Virus record (IMG/VR): IMGVR_UViG_3300005262_000002
DNA length: 49,375 nt
Direction: 5' to 3' (one strand)
From: a virus
Shown here: positions 23,949 through 33,289 of the stretch, one piece after another
Position numbering within the stretch: the first letter of the stretch is position 1
Layout of the letters: each line of letters begins with the position of its first letter
Position numbers and translations under genes: made by a program
Notes under the pieces: model-generated
Databases searched by the model: none
The model's input: only the letters and a program-made list of their open reading frames with translations
Told to the model about the DNA's origin: nothing

Positions 23949-24176
23949 ATGGGTGGTCTATTCAAGACAAAGGCTCCCGAGCCTACCCCGGTGCAGCGTC
24001 TTCCCGACAATGAAGATCCGGCCGTGGTCGAAGCTCGGCGCAAGGCAGCAGCAGAGGCGCAGAACCGCTCCGGCCGTGCGTCCACTGTCCTGACCAACCC
24101 GACTACCCGCGCCGCCACAGCGGGCAATGCGGGGACGGCGGCATACACCAATAGCCTTCTTGGCCAGGCAGGTTGA
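23949..24176 (+). CDS. Small hypothetical protein (75 aa) between terL and the portal gene
   Basis: Low-complexity C-terminus. Conserved position. Confidence 0.45.
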   Translation: MGGLFKTKAPEPTPVQRLPDNEDPAVVEARRKAAAEAQNRSGRASTVLTNPTTRAATAGNAGTAAYTNSLLGQAG

Positions 24177-24754
24177 TCTTGGACTACAATATCGAGCCGA
24201 CGCTCCCGCGCAAAACGCCGCGAGCGATCCGGATTGAAGGCGAGTACGCTTTTATTCCGCTAACCAAGGGATTTGAGGCGCGCATAGATGCTGTCGACGT
24301 CCCGTTGGTCAAAGGACGGAACTGGACGGCAATCGTCATTGGCCGAAAGGTCAAGCGGGTCTACGCGGCAGTTGGCGTTCGGGTGGGAAAGGGAAAGACG
24401 CGCCTTGCCTATCTGCATCGCGTCCTTTGCCCCGGCGGAATCAAGACAGATCATGAAGACGGCGACACATTGAACAACACGAGGCCTAACCTCAGGCCCT
24501 GCAATTCAGCGCAGAACGCGTGGAATTCGGCGCCGCAACGGCGAAGCAAGACTGGCGTCAAGGGTGTGTTCCCGTCTGGACGCTTTCCGGGACGTTACCG
24601 CGTAGCCCTTCGGAAGGGTGGCAAGGTCTACTTCGATGGTGACAACTATACGCTAGCCGAGGCAACGGCAGCATATGACAGGGCTGCGGCTGAAGCGTTT
24701 GGCGAGTTCGCCTACCTCAATGCTTCCGCACCTGCGAGGGCGAGAGTCGTATGA
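24173..24754 (+). CDS. HNH endonuclease with an AP2 DNA-binding domain
   Basis: YLHRVL...DHEDGDTLNNTRPNLR...AQN plus GVKGV...GRYRVALRKGGKVYFDG...LAEATAAYDRAAAEAFGEFA. Only a TTG start is available. Confidence 0.8.
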   Translation: MILDYNIEPTLPRKTPRAIRIEGEYAFIPLTKGFEARIDAVDVPLVKGRNWTAIVIGRKVKRVYAAVGVRVGKGKTRLAYLHRVLCPGGIKTDHEDGDTLNNTRPNLRPCNSAQNAWNSAPQRRSKTGVKGVFPSGRFPGRYRVALRKGGKVYFDGDNYTLAEATAAYDRAAAEAFGEFAYLNASAPARARVV

Positions 24755-26391
24755 TTGACAGTAGGGCCAAAGAGTTGTGCCGGATCGGCGCCACCCTCTT
24801 TTCAAAGAAGCAGCCGTACGACGCGCTGTGCCAGGATATTGCGGACAATTATTATCCGCTTAGGACCGACTTCACGCGGGAGCTTTCCCTCGGCGACGAC
24901 TTCACGAGCAACCTGATGGAGAGCTTTCCGGTTCAGGCCCGTGAAACCCTCGGCAACGCACCGACGGCCATGCTCCGGCAGGGCGATTGGTTTGAGGTCA
25001 AGACCGGACGGGAAGAGATCGACGAGGACCCGGAAGCTGCACGCTGGCTGGAATACGCTACGAAGCGCTATCGCCGGCTCGTCTATGACCGTCGCGCCAA
25101 CTTCACGGCCTCCACTATCGAGGTCGATCACGACTGGGTGGCGTTCGGCAATGGCGTCATTTCGGTCGAAGAGTCTCCAACCCGCGACCACATGCTGTTC
25201 AGGGCTTGGCACCCTCGTGATTGCGCATGGATGCTGAACGAGGTCGGCAAGGTCGACCACATCCAGCGGAAGATGAAGAAGACCGCGCGGAACCTGAAGA
25301 AGATCTACGGCGATAAGGTCCATGCCGACATCAAGCAGGCTTGCGAGACCGACCCGTCGAAGGAGTTCAACTGCCGCCATATCGTGATGCCGGTCGACGA
25401 CATCTATGGCGACGACAAGGCCATGCGGAAGAAGTACCGCAAGACGCCGTTCATCTCGATCTATATCGACCTGGACCACGAGCAGATCCTCGGCGAGGCT
25501 GGACTTCCTGTCTTCAACTACGTGGTGCCGCGCTGGCGCACGCTGGCGAACATCCCGCAGGGATTCTCTCCGGCAACGATCAACTCGCTGCCAGATGGTC
25601 GCATGATCCAGCAGATGGCCCGCATCATCCTCGAGCAGGGCGAAAAGGCCGTTGACCCGCCGACGGTGGCCAAGGGCGAGATGTTCCGCGATGCGGTCAA
25701 CATGTATGCCGGCGGCATGACCTATGTGGATCTGGAAGCGGATGACGATATCCGCAAGCTGTTCCAGACCATCGAGACCGGTAACGTGTCGATCGGCATG
25801 GAGATGAAGCAGGACGTCCGCGAGATGATCGCCGAGGCGTTCTTGCTCAATAAGCTCTTCCTGCCCGATACCCGCGAGATGACGGCCTATGAGACGCAGC
25901 AGCGCATTGCGGAGTTCCGGCGTGCTGCCCTGCCGTTCTTCGGCCCGATCGAGAGCGAGTATCACCTGCCGCTGCTCGACACCGGCTTCCAGCTTGCACT
26001 TCACAACCGTCATTTCGACGTCGGTGAGATCCCGGACATCCTTGATGGCGAAGAGACGACATTCTCCTTCGAAAGCCCGCTGAACACCGCAGAGGGCCGC
26101 CAGCTCGTCGCATCCTTCCAGGAGAGCGTGCAGATCCTCGCCGGCTCTGCTCAGTTCGACAAGTCGATCCCGTCGACCATGGACTTCAAGAAGATGACCA
26201 AGGACGCGGTGAAGGGCACGGGCGCCCCGGCTGACTGGTTCAACGACGAGGAAGTGCAGAAGTCTGAGGAAGATCAGGTCGCCGAAGTCGACCGTCTCCA
26301 GAACGCCGCTGCAGCACTTCGCGAAGGGGCAGGGGTGGCAACTGATGTGGCTGGGGCCTCCATGGCGCTCCAGCAGGCTGGTCTCGCATGA
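24751..26391 (+). CDS. Portal (T7-type head-to-tail connector)
   Basis: 546 aa, located after terL. The N-terminal pattern is like podoviral connectors. Confidence 0.8.
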   Translation: MIDSRAKELCRIGATLFSKKQPYDALCQDIADNYYPLRTDFTRELSLGDDFTSNLMESFPVQARETLGNAPTAMLRQGDWFEVKTGREEIDEDPEAARWLEYATKRYRRLVYDRRANFTASTIEVDHDWVAFGNGVISVEESPTRDHMLFRAWHPRDCAWMLNEVGKVDHIQRKMKKTARNLKKIYGDKVHADIKQACETDPSKEFNCRHIVMPVDDIYGDDKAMRKKYRKTPFISIYIDLDHEQILGEAGLPVFNYVVPRWRTLANIPQGFSPATINSLPDGRMIQQMARIILEQGEKAVDPPTVAKGEMFRDAVNMYAGGMTYVDLEADDDIRKLFQTIETGNVSIGMEMKQDVREMIAEAFLLNKLFLPDTREMTAYETQQRIAEFRRAALPFFGPIESEYHLPLLDTGFQLALHNRHFDVGEIPDILDGEETTFSFESPLNTAEGRQLVASFQESVQILAGSAQFDKSIPSTMDFKKMTKDAVKGTGAPADWFNDEEVQKSEEDQVAEVDRLQNAAAALREGAGVATDVAGASMALQQAGLA

Positions 26392-26702
26392 CCGCCAAAC
26401 CAGCCGCCTACGACAAGGAAGTGCTCTACGCCTTCCGCGCGCTCTTCGATGGCGTGGCCAATGATGGTCAGCAGAAGCGGGCGCTTGAGTGGCTGCTCTT
26501 CAATGCCTGCCACGTCGGGCAGTTGAGCTTTTCGGCCAATGAGCGCGAGAGCGCCTTCAACGAGGGAGAGCGCCACATCGGGCTCCAGATCGCCCGTATG
26601 CGAGAGCCGGAAGCGCTGCAGCTCATCGAAGGCAAGTCCCGCGCCGAGAAGATGGCAGCAGCCACAAAGAAATCTGAGGCAGGCCGCAAGGCCGGTGAAT
26701 GA
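26388..26702 (+). CDS. Hypothetical protein (104 aa)
   Basis: ATGA coupling to the portal gene. Confidence 0.55.
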   Translation: MTAKPAAYDKEVLYAFRALFDGVANDGQQKRALEWLLFNACHVGQLSFSANERESAFNEGERHIGLQIARMREPEALQLIEGKSRAEKMAAATKKSEAGRKAGE

Positions 26703-26709
26703 GGCAAAC

Positions 26710-27660
26710 ATGACCGAGGCAAACACGCAGATCATCGATGACCCGGCAAATACGCCCCCGGCGGGAGATCCGCCACCTTCCGACCCGCCAGCATCCGATC
26801 CTCCGGCAGGCGACCCACCAGCCGGCGATCCGCCAGCAGCACCACCAACCGGCGATCCACCGGCTGACCCTCCTTCTGATGATAAGCCCTCCGCATTGCC
26901 TGACAATTGGCGCGAGCTGGCTGCCGGCGACAACGAGGATCAGCTCAAGCTCCTGAAGCGCTACGGCTCCCTGAGCGGCGTCGTGAAGGCACTGCAGGAG
27001 GCGCAGAACACCATCCGCTCCGGCAAGATCAAGCGCGACATGCCTGATCCCAAGGACGAGAAGGCCATGGCGGAGTGGCGGAAAGAGCAGGGGATTCCGG
27101 ACAAGCCGGAAGGCTACGTCCTGCCCGAGCCGGTCACCAAGCGCCTGGTCGATGCTGACAAGCCTGTCTTGTCGAGCTTCACCGAGTTCGCTCATGCCAA
27201 GAACGCCCCTCCGGCCTTCGTCGAGATGGCGGCTGAATGGTATGTCGATATGTCTGAGCGGGCTGCTGAAGCCCAGACGCAGGCCGACAACAAGGCCCGT
27301 GAGGATGCCGAGGACAGCCTCCGCGATGCATGGTCCCGTGACGAGTACAAAGGCAACCTGACCCTTGCAAAGAGGTTCATGTCTTCCTTCGGCGACATTG
27401 GCGATGCATGGACGGAAGCCCGTCTCCCCGATGGGCGTCGTCTCGGTGACATAGCGAGCTTTGTGCAGGCTGCTTCCGATCATGGCCGCGCTGCCTTCGG
27501 TGATGTCGTCTTCTCGTCCAGTGACGCAGAGGCCAAGCACGCCAGCCGCCGCGCGGAGATCGAGAAAATCCGCGATACCGACTTCGACCGCTACGAGCGC
27601 GACTATGCCGCCGAATATCGCCAGATCCTCGAAAGAGACCAGGCGCGCGGCAAGCGCTGA
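26710..27660 (+). CDS. Scaffolding protein with an N-terminal Pro-rich repeat
   Basis: Located between the portal and capsid genes. Helical, charged 316 aa. Start MTEANTQ at 26710. Confidence 0.7.
   Translation: MTEANTQIIDDPANTPPAGDPPPSDPPASDPPAGDPPAGDPPAAPPTGDPPADPPSDDKPSALPDNWRELAAGDNEDQLKLLKRYGSLSGVVKALQEAQNTIRSGKIKRDMPDPKDEKAMAEWRKEQGIPDKPEGYVLPEPVTKRLVDADKPVLSSFTEFAHAKNAPPAFVEMAAEWYVDMSERAAEAQTQADNKAREDAEDSLRDAWSRDEYKGNLTLAKRFMSSFGDIGDAWTEARLPDGRRLGDIASFVQAASDHGRAAFGDVVFSSSDAEAKHASRRAEIEKIRDTDFDRYERDYAAEYRQILERDQARGKR
26752..26880 (+). repeat. Degenerate tandem repeat encoding (G/S/A)DPP(A/P) units
   Basis: PPAGDPPPSDPPASDPPAGDPPAGDPPAAPPTGDPPADPPSDD. Confidence 0.8.
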
Positions 27661-27690
27661 CACCATTCCCTGACATCAGGTCAGTGAACA

Positions 27691-27712
27691 GCCCGCCTTG
27701 AGCGGGTTTTTA
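27691..27712 (+). terminator. Rho-independent terminator after the scaffold gene
   Basis: CCCGC-CTTGA-GCGGG followed by TTTTT. Confidence 0.65.
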
Positions 27713-27725
27713 TATGCCAGCACAA

Positions 27726-27819
27726 CGGCCACCCCGGCAACGGCCCCCGAGTGACGGCTCCCAGACATCGCCAAGCGTGAAAGCCCCGGAACGAAAGCGG
27801 CCACCCCGGCAACGGCCCC
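27726..27819 (+). repeat. Two exact 22-nt direct repeats in the capsid-gene leader
   Basis: CGGCCACCCCGGCAACGGCCCC at 27726-27747 and 27798-27819. Partial third copy CCGGCCACCC at 27828-27837. Confidence 0.9.
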
Positions 27820-27888
27820 GCTGACCTCCGGCCACCCTTGATTGCTCCGGCTCCAACCCCCTCAACAAGTCTTTGAAAGGATGCGACC

Positions 27889-28731
27889 ATGGCTATTGAA
27901 GCTGCAGTCGTCCAGTACAAGAAAGACTTCGTTCCGGCGTTTGAGCAGAAACAGAGCCTGCTCAAGCTGACCACGACGAAGGAAACTGTCGTCAACGGCA
28001 ACCAGGCTACCTTCCTTGTCTCCGGTTCCGGCGGCGATACCGCTGTCACCCGCGGCACGAACGGCCAGATCCCCTACGGCAACCCGACGAACAACCAGAG
28101 CACCGCGACGCTGGTTGAGAAGCACGCTCCCTACGAGCTCACCGGCTTCAACGTCTTTGCCTCGCAGGGCAATCAGATCCAGGTCATGCGCAATGCATCG
28201 ATCGCGGTCATCAACCGTGACATCGATCTCACGCTGCTGGCAGAGCTGGCGAATGCGACCAACGACTTTCCGTCCACGGCGCAGACGGCAACCCTGAACA
28301 TGGTCACGGGCGCCCAGGCGATCCTTGGCAACAACGATGTCGACGTCGAAGACGAAGACAACATGTTCGCCATCATCTCCCCGGCCTTCCGCGGCTACCT
28401 CCTGCAGACGACGGAATTCGCCTCCGGCGACTATGTCGAGCAGAAGCCGCTCAATGGTCCTGCCCGCAAGATGTTCCGCTGGGCCGGCATCAACTGGCTG
28501 GTATCGAGCCGTGTCACCGGCCTCGGGACCGCAGCCGAGATTTGCTACATGTATCACCGCAACGCCATCGGCTACGCGGTCAACGTGGGCGAAGAAAAGA
28601 TCGCTGCTGGCTATGACGAAAAGCAGGACACCTCGTGGTCCCGCGCTTCCGTCTTCCACGGCGCGAAGATCCTCCAGAACAACGGCATCGTGAAGATCAC
28701 TCACGACGGCTCCGCGTTCGTTGCCACGTAA
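27889..28731 (+). CDS. Major capsid protein
   Basis: 280 aa, directly after the scaffold gene and preceded by its own leader. Composition is typical of an HK97-fold MCP. Confidence 0.8.
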   Translation: MAIEAAVVQYKKDFVPAFEQKQSLLKLTTTKETVVNGNQATFLVSGSGGDTAVTRGTNGQIPYGNPTNNQSTATLVEKHAPYELTGFNVFASQGNQIQVMRNASIAVINRDIDLTLLAELANATNDFPSTAQTATLNMVTGAQAILGNNDVDVEDEDNMFAIISPAFRGYLLQTTEFASGDYVEQKPLNGPARKMFRWAGINWLVSSRVTGLGTAAEICYMYHRNAIGYAVNVGEEKIAAGYDEKQDTSWSRASVFHGAKILQNNGIVKITHDGSAFVAT

Positions 28732-28744
28732 GGAGACCTGAAAC

Positions 28745-29008
28745 ATGGCTTATGTTGCAGATAATTTGTCTCTCGCAGACACCCAGGTCGGTGGCTACCA
28801 GCCGCGCCGCTGGCGCTACACGACGGCCTCCGACTCCGATGCCACGATCGTTGGCGCCGGGTATTTCTCCGATGGTGTGACCAAGGGCATGAAGGTCGGT
28901 GACCTTGTCGATGTCATTGCCACCACAGGTCCGAAATACAAGCTCTATCAGGTTGCCTCGGTAAGCGGCGCTGCTGCTACCGTGGCGGCTCCGACCGCTA
29001 TCACCTGA
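28745..29008 (+). CDS. Small virion-module protein (87 aa), possible decoration protein
   Basis: Follows the MCP gene. Function is inferred from position only. Confidence 0.45.
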   Translation: MAYVADNLSLADTQVGGYQPRRWRYTTASDSDATIVGAGYFSDGVTKGMKVGDLVDVIATTGPKYKLYQVASVSGAAATVAAPTAIT

Positions 29009-29023
29009 TGCCAGCATCGCGAC

Positions 29024-29045
29024 TTCGGTCGCGGTGTTGCCTCCA
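29024..29045 (+). promoter_or_regulatory. Stable UUCG-tetraloop hairpin 3' of the capsid genes
   Basis: CATCGCGAC-TTCG-GTCGCGGTG. No U-tract follows. Confidence 0.5.
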
Positions 29046-29134
29046 TCGTGACCGGATACGGGCGGCGGCTTCCTCTTGTCGCCGCTCGTTCTCGGTTCTC
29101 GCTGGATTCCTTTCACCCATGAGCTGAGGCAATC

Positions 29135-29596
29135 ATGAAAACCCTTCATCCGACTAAGATGCGCAATGCCGCCGAGTATGCCCGCACACAACACCATGTG
29201 CTTGTCGACCCGGATCACAAGCTCGAGGACGTTCTGAAACCCGGTTACTGGGCTCACCATGTCGATCGGCTTCGCGTCCATGACCTGATCGACGTCATCC
29301 ACAACGACTACGACGTCACACTTCGGGTCACCGGCAAGGGTACCGGCTATGTCGAAACCCGCGTCCTTCGCGCTTGGATCTCGGACGAAGTCGATGCCAA
29401 CCTCTCCGACGAGCAGGACGCTGAAGTCATGTCCAGTATTCCGGATGGTTATGTCATCGACCACACGCCGAAGACCCTCTGGCGGGCTCGCATGAAGGAT
29501 GGCGGCGTCGAGATCAGCAGGAACCACAAGACCAAGGTCGAGGCCATCCAGTCCGCGCTCAAGCATGCTGCTCGCGCTCAAGGCATTGCGGCTTAA
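29135..29596 (+). CDS. Hypothetical virion-module protein (153 aa)
   Basis: ORF with GAGG upstream, between the capsid and adaptor genes. Confidence 0.55.
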   Translation: MKTLHPTKMRNAAEYARTQHHVLVDPDHKLEDVLKPGYWAHHVDRLRVHDLIDVIHNDYDVTLRVTGKGTGYVETRVLRAWISDEVDANLSDEQDAEVMSSIPDGYVIDHTPKTLWRARMKDGGVEISRNHKTKVEAIQSALKHAARAQGIAA

Positions 29597-29608
29597 GGAG
29601 CCTTCCAG

Positions 29609-30229
29609 ATGGCTGACCGTCTCGCGATTTACCGGGGAGCGCTTCGCCTCCTCGGGCCGTCCAACCTTGCGTCACTGACCGAGGACCGGCCTGAAAAGCT
29701 CGCGCTCGATGGCGCATGGCAGGATTCGGTGAACTACATGCTTGAGCAAGGCATGTGGAACTTCGCGATTCGGACGGTTCAGCTTCAGCCTGACGAGGAT
29801 GTCGAGCCGCTGTTTGGGTTCGACTATGCCTATTCAAAACCCGAAGACTGGGTGCGGACGGTTGCGATCTCCTACGACCCCGCCTTCCGCGAGGGCATCC
29901 TCGAGTATGAGGATGAGACCGACCACTGGCACACATCCCATAGCGTGATCTATGTCCGCTACGTCTCGAATGACGAAGCATGGGGCTGGAACATCGGGGC
30001 ATGGCGGCAGCACTTCTCGAAGGCTCTGGAAGCGTATCTGGCCTTTGAATGCGGGCTCCCGATCGCTGCCGACCGAGGCAACCGTAATGACCTGTTCACG
30101 CTCTTCCAGAAGCGATTGCAGGACGCCAAGACCAAGGATGCCGTCGATGAGCGCGTAAGGGAGAAGCCTCCCGGCCGCTGGACGCGCTCGAGAAGCGCAG
30201 GATACCCAGGAGACCGCCGGCGTGGCTAA
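29609..30229 (+). CDS. Tail tubular protein A / adaptor (T7 gp11-like)
   Basis: ADRLAIYRGALRLLGPSNLASLTEDRPE...MLEQGMWNFAIRT parallels the T7 gp11 N-terminal pattern (...ILASIGEPPVSTLEGD...SRGWTFN). Confidence 0.6.
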   Translation: MADRLAIYRGALRLLGPSNLASLTEDRPEKLALDGAWQDSVNYMLEQGMWNFAIRTVQLQPDEDVEPLFGFDYAYSKPEDWVRTVAISYDPAFREGILEYEDETDHWHTSHSVIYVRYVSNDEAWGWNIGAWRQHFSKALEAYLAFECGLPIAADRGNRNDLFTLFQKRLQDAKTKDAVDERVREKPPGRWTRSRSAGYPGDRRRG

Positions 30230-32927
30230 GGTCAATACCTACGTTCAGAGCTTCAATACGGGCGTCCACGACAAGACCGCTCTGACGCGCACAGACCTTG
30301 AGCGCATGCGCCTTGCTGCTGAGATCCAGACGAACCTTCTGTGCAAGGCTGTCGGCCCCGGCTTCATGCGTCCAGGCACGCAGTACCTGGCGCCAACCAA
30401 GACGAATGCGGAAGCGCGCCTTGAGGAGTTTGTCTTCGGTGAGTCCGACGCATCGCTCATGGAGTTCACCAACCTGAACTTCCGTGTGATGGTCAATGAC
30501 GTGATCATTTCCCGCGCGGCCGTCTCCAGCATTGTGACCAACGGCGATTTCTCCTCAGCGACTGGGTGGGACCTGACCGGCGTCGGCGGTGGCGTCTCCA
30601 CAATCTCTGGCGGCTCGCTTCGCATGAACGCCACCACGATTGAAGGCGTTGCCCGATGCTCTCGGTCGGTAACGACTGCATCTCCTGGGGTTGAGCATGC
30701 ACTGCGGATTGTCGTCGAGCACGGCCCCGTCATGTTCCGCTGCGGCTCCACCAGCGGCGGAGATGAATACATCGCACAGACCTTCCTGCCGACTGGCGAA
30801 CACTCGCTCGCCTTCACGCCGTCGGGAACCTACTTCGTTCAGTTCTTGTCTAAAGATCGCTTTGAGCGCCGCGTCGACAGCATCCAGGTCGAAGCGGCTG
30901 GCGAGATGAACATCCCGACACCGTGGCCGCTGGCAGCTATACCGAACATCCGCATCGCGCAGTCGGCCGACGTCTGCTTCATTGCCTGCGAAGGTTACCA
31001 ACAGCGCCGGATAGAACGCCGAGCAGCTCGCTCATGGTCTGTATGCCTCTACGAGAGCAACGACGGGCCTTTGAGTGCCAACGCCGATCCTACGGTCAGA
31101 CTGCGACCGAACGCGCTGGAGGGCAATACAAGCCTGTTTGCGAGTGGTCCCTATTTCACTCCGGGCCATGTCGGATCGCTGTTCAGTCTGACGCACACCG
31201 GCCAGACCGTTATTCAGCAGCTTGGGCAGGAAGACACCTATACGGATCCCGTCAAGATCAGCGGCGTATATGCCAGCACCGGAGGCGACCGAGATTTTTC
31301 GATCATCGTCTCGGGATCGTGGACCGGCACGCTCAACTATCAGAAGTCTTACAATGACCCGGACACCGGCTATATCGACGTCGGTGGGATGACCGTCAAC
31401 GGCACGACTGTTGTCAACGACCAGGGTAGCAACATCAACTATTACTACCGGGTTGGCTTCAAGCCGGGTGGCTGGGGTTCTGGGGTTGCTGTTGTCACCA
31501 TCGGCTATGACGGCGGCGGCGGGACCGGTATTTGCCGTGTCACCCAGTACGTCTCTCCGACGCAAGTGCAGATAGAGGTTCTTGAGCCGTTCAAGGCCAC
31601 CCTTTGGACACGTGACTGGCGGCCAGGCGAATGGTGCGACTACACCGGCTGGCCGTCTGCTGTTGCGCTCTCTGATGGGCGTTTATGGTGGTCTGGTGCC
31701 GATCGCATCTGGGGCTCGGTCTCTGATGCCTTTGCCTCGTTCGATGAGGACACAGAGGGCGACAGTGGTCCGATCTCCCGTTCCATCGCTACAGGCGGGG
31801 TGAACAATACCCAATGGTTGCTCTCTCTCAAGCGACTGCTGGTCGGCACTGAAGGAGCGATCTCGACGGTGAAATCCTCCTCACTCGACGAGCCGCTCAC
31901 GCCAACGAACTTCGGCATCAAGGATGCGGCCACCAGCGGCGCGGCTTCCATCGATCCGATCAAGGTTGATACGCGGGGTATCTTCGTCGAACGAGCCGGC
32001 ACCACGCTGCTTGAACTGACCTTCAATGGCTCGGACGCCGATTATGTGGCAACGCAGATCAGTAAGCTCACGACTGATCTCTTCGAAAGTGGCGTGAAGT
32101 CCATCGCCGTCCAGCGCCGGCCCGATACTCGCATCTGGCTCGTCCTCAACGACGGCTCATGCGTCTCGATGGTCTACGAGGCTAGCGACGAGGTTCTCGC
32201 CTTCATCCCGATGGAAACGGATGGCTTCTTCGAAAGCGTTGCTGTCCTTCCAGCGTTCTCTCAAGACCGGGTCTATTTCAGCGTGCGCAGGACCGTAAAC
32301 GGCTCCACAGTCCGGTACATCGAGAAGATGGCAATGGACATCGAGGTGAAGCCGGCAACGCTCTGCAAGGTCATGGATGCCTTCAAGAGCGGGGTGAACG
32401 CTCCGGCTTCCACGACCGTCGCTGTTGGAACACATCTGATCGGCGAGACGGTTGTTGTCTGGGCCGATGGCGCTCCGATCGAGGCATCCTATGGTGTCCC
32501 GGCTGAGTTCGTCGTCAATGGCTCCGGCAACATCACTCTGCCTAGCGCTGTCACCAACTGGGTTGCCGGCCTGCCGTATCGAGCCCGCTACAAGTCCGCA
32601 AGGCTTGCCTATGGCGCTCAGGGCGGGACGGCCATGCTGCAGAAGAAGGCGGTCGACGGGCTCGGCATCATCATGACCGATTTCGTGCGGTCTGGGATCA
32701 AGTATGGGCACTCGTTCGATGACCCGTACCTTGGCCTCTTCCCGCTGCCGCAGATGGCAGATGGAAAGATCCAGCCTAACGTTGTGCTCAGCGATATCCG
32801 GGATGAGGAGACCTTCCCATTCCCAGGCGAATGGAACACCGACAGTCGTGTGTGCCTGGAGGTGAACTCGCCTTACACCGGGACTTTCCTCGGTATGGTT
32901 TTCGCTATCACGACGAATGAACGCTGA
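30222..32927 (+). CDS. Tail tubular protein B / nozzle (T7 gp12-like)
   Basis: 901 aa, directly after the gp11-like gene. GTG start after AGGAG. Confidence 0.6.
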   Translation: MAKVNTYVQSFNTGVHDKTALTRTDLERMRLAAEIQTNLLCKAVGPGFMRPGTQYLAPTKTNAEARLEEFVFGESDASLMEFTNLNFRVMVNDVIISRAAVSSIVTNGDFSSATGWDLTGVGGGVSTISGGSLRMNATTIEGVARCSRSVTTASPGVEHALRIVVEHGPVMFRCGSTSGGDEYIAQTFLPTGEHSLAFTPSGTYFVQFLSKDRFERRVDSIQVEAAGEMNIPTPWPLAAIPNIRIAQSADVCFIACEGYQQRRIERRAARSWSVCLYESNDGPLSANADPTVRLRPNALEGNTSLFASGPYFTPGHVGSLFSLTHTGQTVIQQLGQEDTYTDPVKISGVYASTGGDRDFSIIVSGSWTGTLNYQKSYNDPDTGYIDVGGMTVNGTTVVNDQGSNINYYYRVGFKPGGWGSGVAVVTIGYDGGGGTGICRVTQYVSPTQVQIEVLEPFKATLWTRDWRPGEWCDYTGWPSAVALSDGRLWWSGADRIWGSVSDAFASFDEDTEGDSGPISRSIATGGVNNTQWLLSLKRLLVGTEGAISTVKSSSLDEPLTPTNFGIKDAATSGAASIDPIKVDTRGIFVERAGTTLLELTFNGSDADYVATQISKLTTDLFESGVKSIAVQRRPDTRIWLVLNDGSCVSMVYEASDEVLAFIPMETDGFFESVAVLPAFSQDRVYFSVRRTVNGSTVRYIEKMAMDIEVKPATLCKVMDAFKSGVNAPASTTVAVGTHLIGETVVVWADGAPIEASYGVPAEFVVNGSGNITLPSAVTNWVAGLPYRARYKSARLAYGAQGGTAMLQKKAVDGLGIIMTDFVRSGIKYGHSFDDPYLGLFPLPQMADGKIQPNVVLSDIRDEETFPFPGEWNTDSRVCLEVNSPYTGTFLGMVFAITTNER

Positions 32928-33289
32928 TGCTCCAAATCGTCCAAGTCGACCCTTCCACCGTGCAAGCGATGGAGGGGATCAAGATCGATATGCCTGCCGT
33001 CGCTTATATCGGGATCGATGATGGCGAGGTGGTTGGGTCCTATGGATTGGCATGGGGTGGCGGGCGCTGCTGGGCATGGCTCCGTTTACCTGCAGGTAAA
33101 CAAAGCTATGGCCTGACAGTTGCCAAACGCTTCAAGGCACTGCTCGCAAAAGCCCGCCAACTAGGGGAGACGGAAGTCTTCACTCCGAGGGATGCGGAAT
33201 ACCCGACATCGGAAAAGCTGCTCAAGGTTCTGGGGTTTCATATGCATGGCATTGAAGAAGGCATGGAGGTCTGGCGGTGGCAGCTCTAG
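32927..33289 (+). CDS. Hypothetical protein (120 aa) in the gp13 position
   Basis: TGATG coupling. Confidence 0.5.
   Translation: MLQIVQVDPSTVQAMEGIKIDMPAVAYIGIDDGEVVGSYGLAWGGGRCWAWLRLPAGKQSYGLTVAKRFKALLAKARQLGETEVFTPRDAEYPTSEKLLKVLGFHMHGIEEGMEVWRWQL

Noticed and set aside
22692-29581. Series of long minus-strand ORFs (22692-23642, 24802-26013, 26623-27666, 27862-28746, 28697-29581)
   Set aside because: All are antisense mirror frames of well-supported terminase, portal, scaffold and capsid genes. Their translations are Arg/Gly/Asp-rich without motifs. They are an expected artefact of high GC3.
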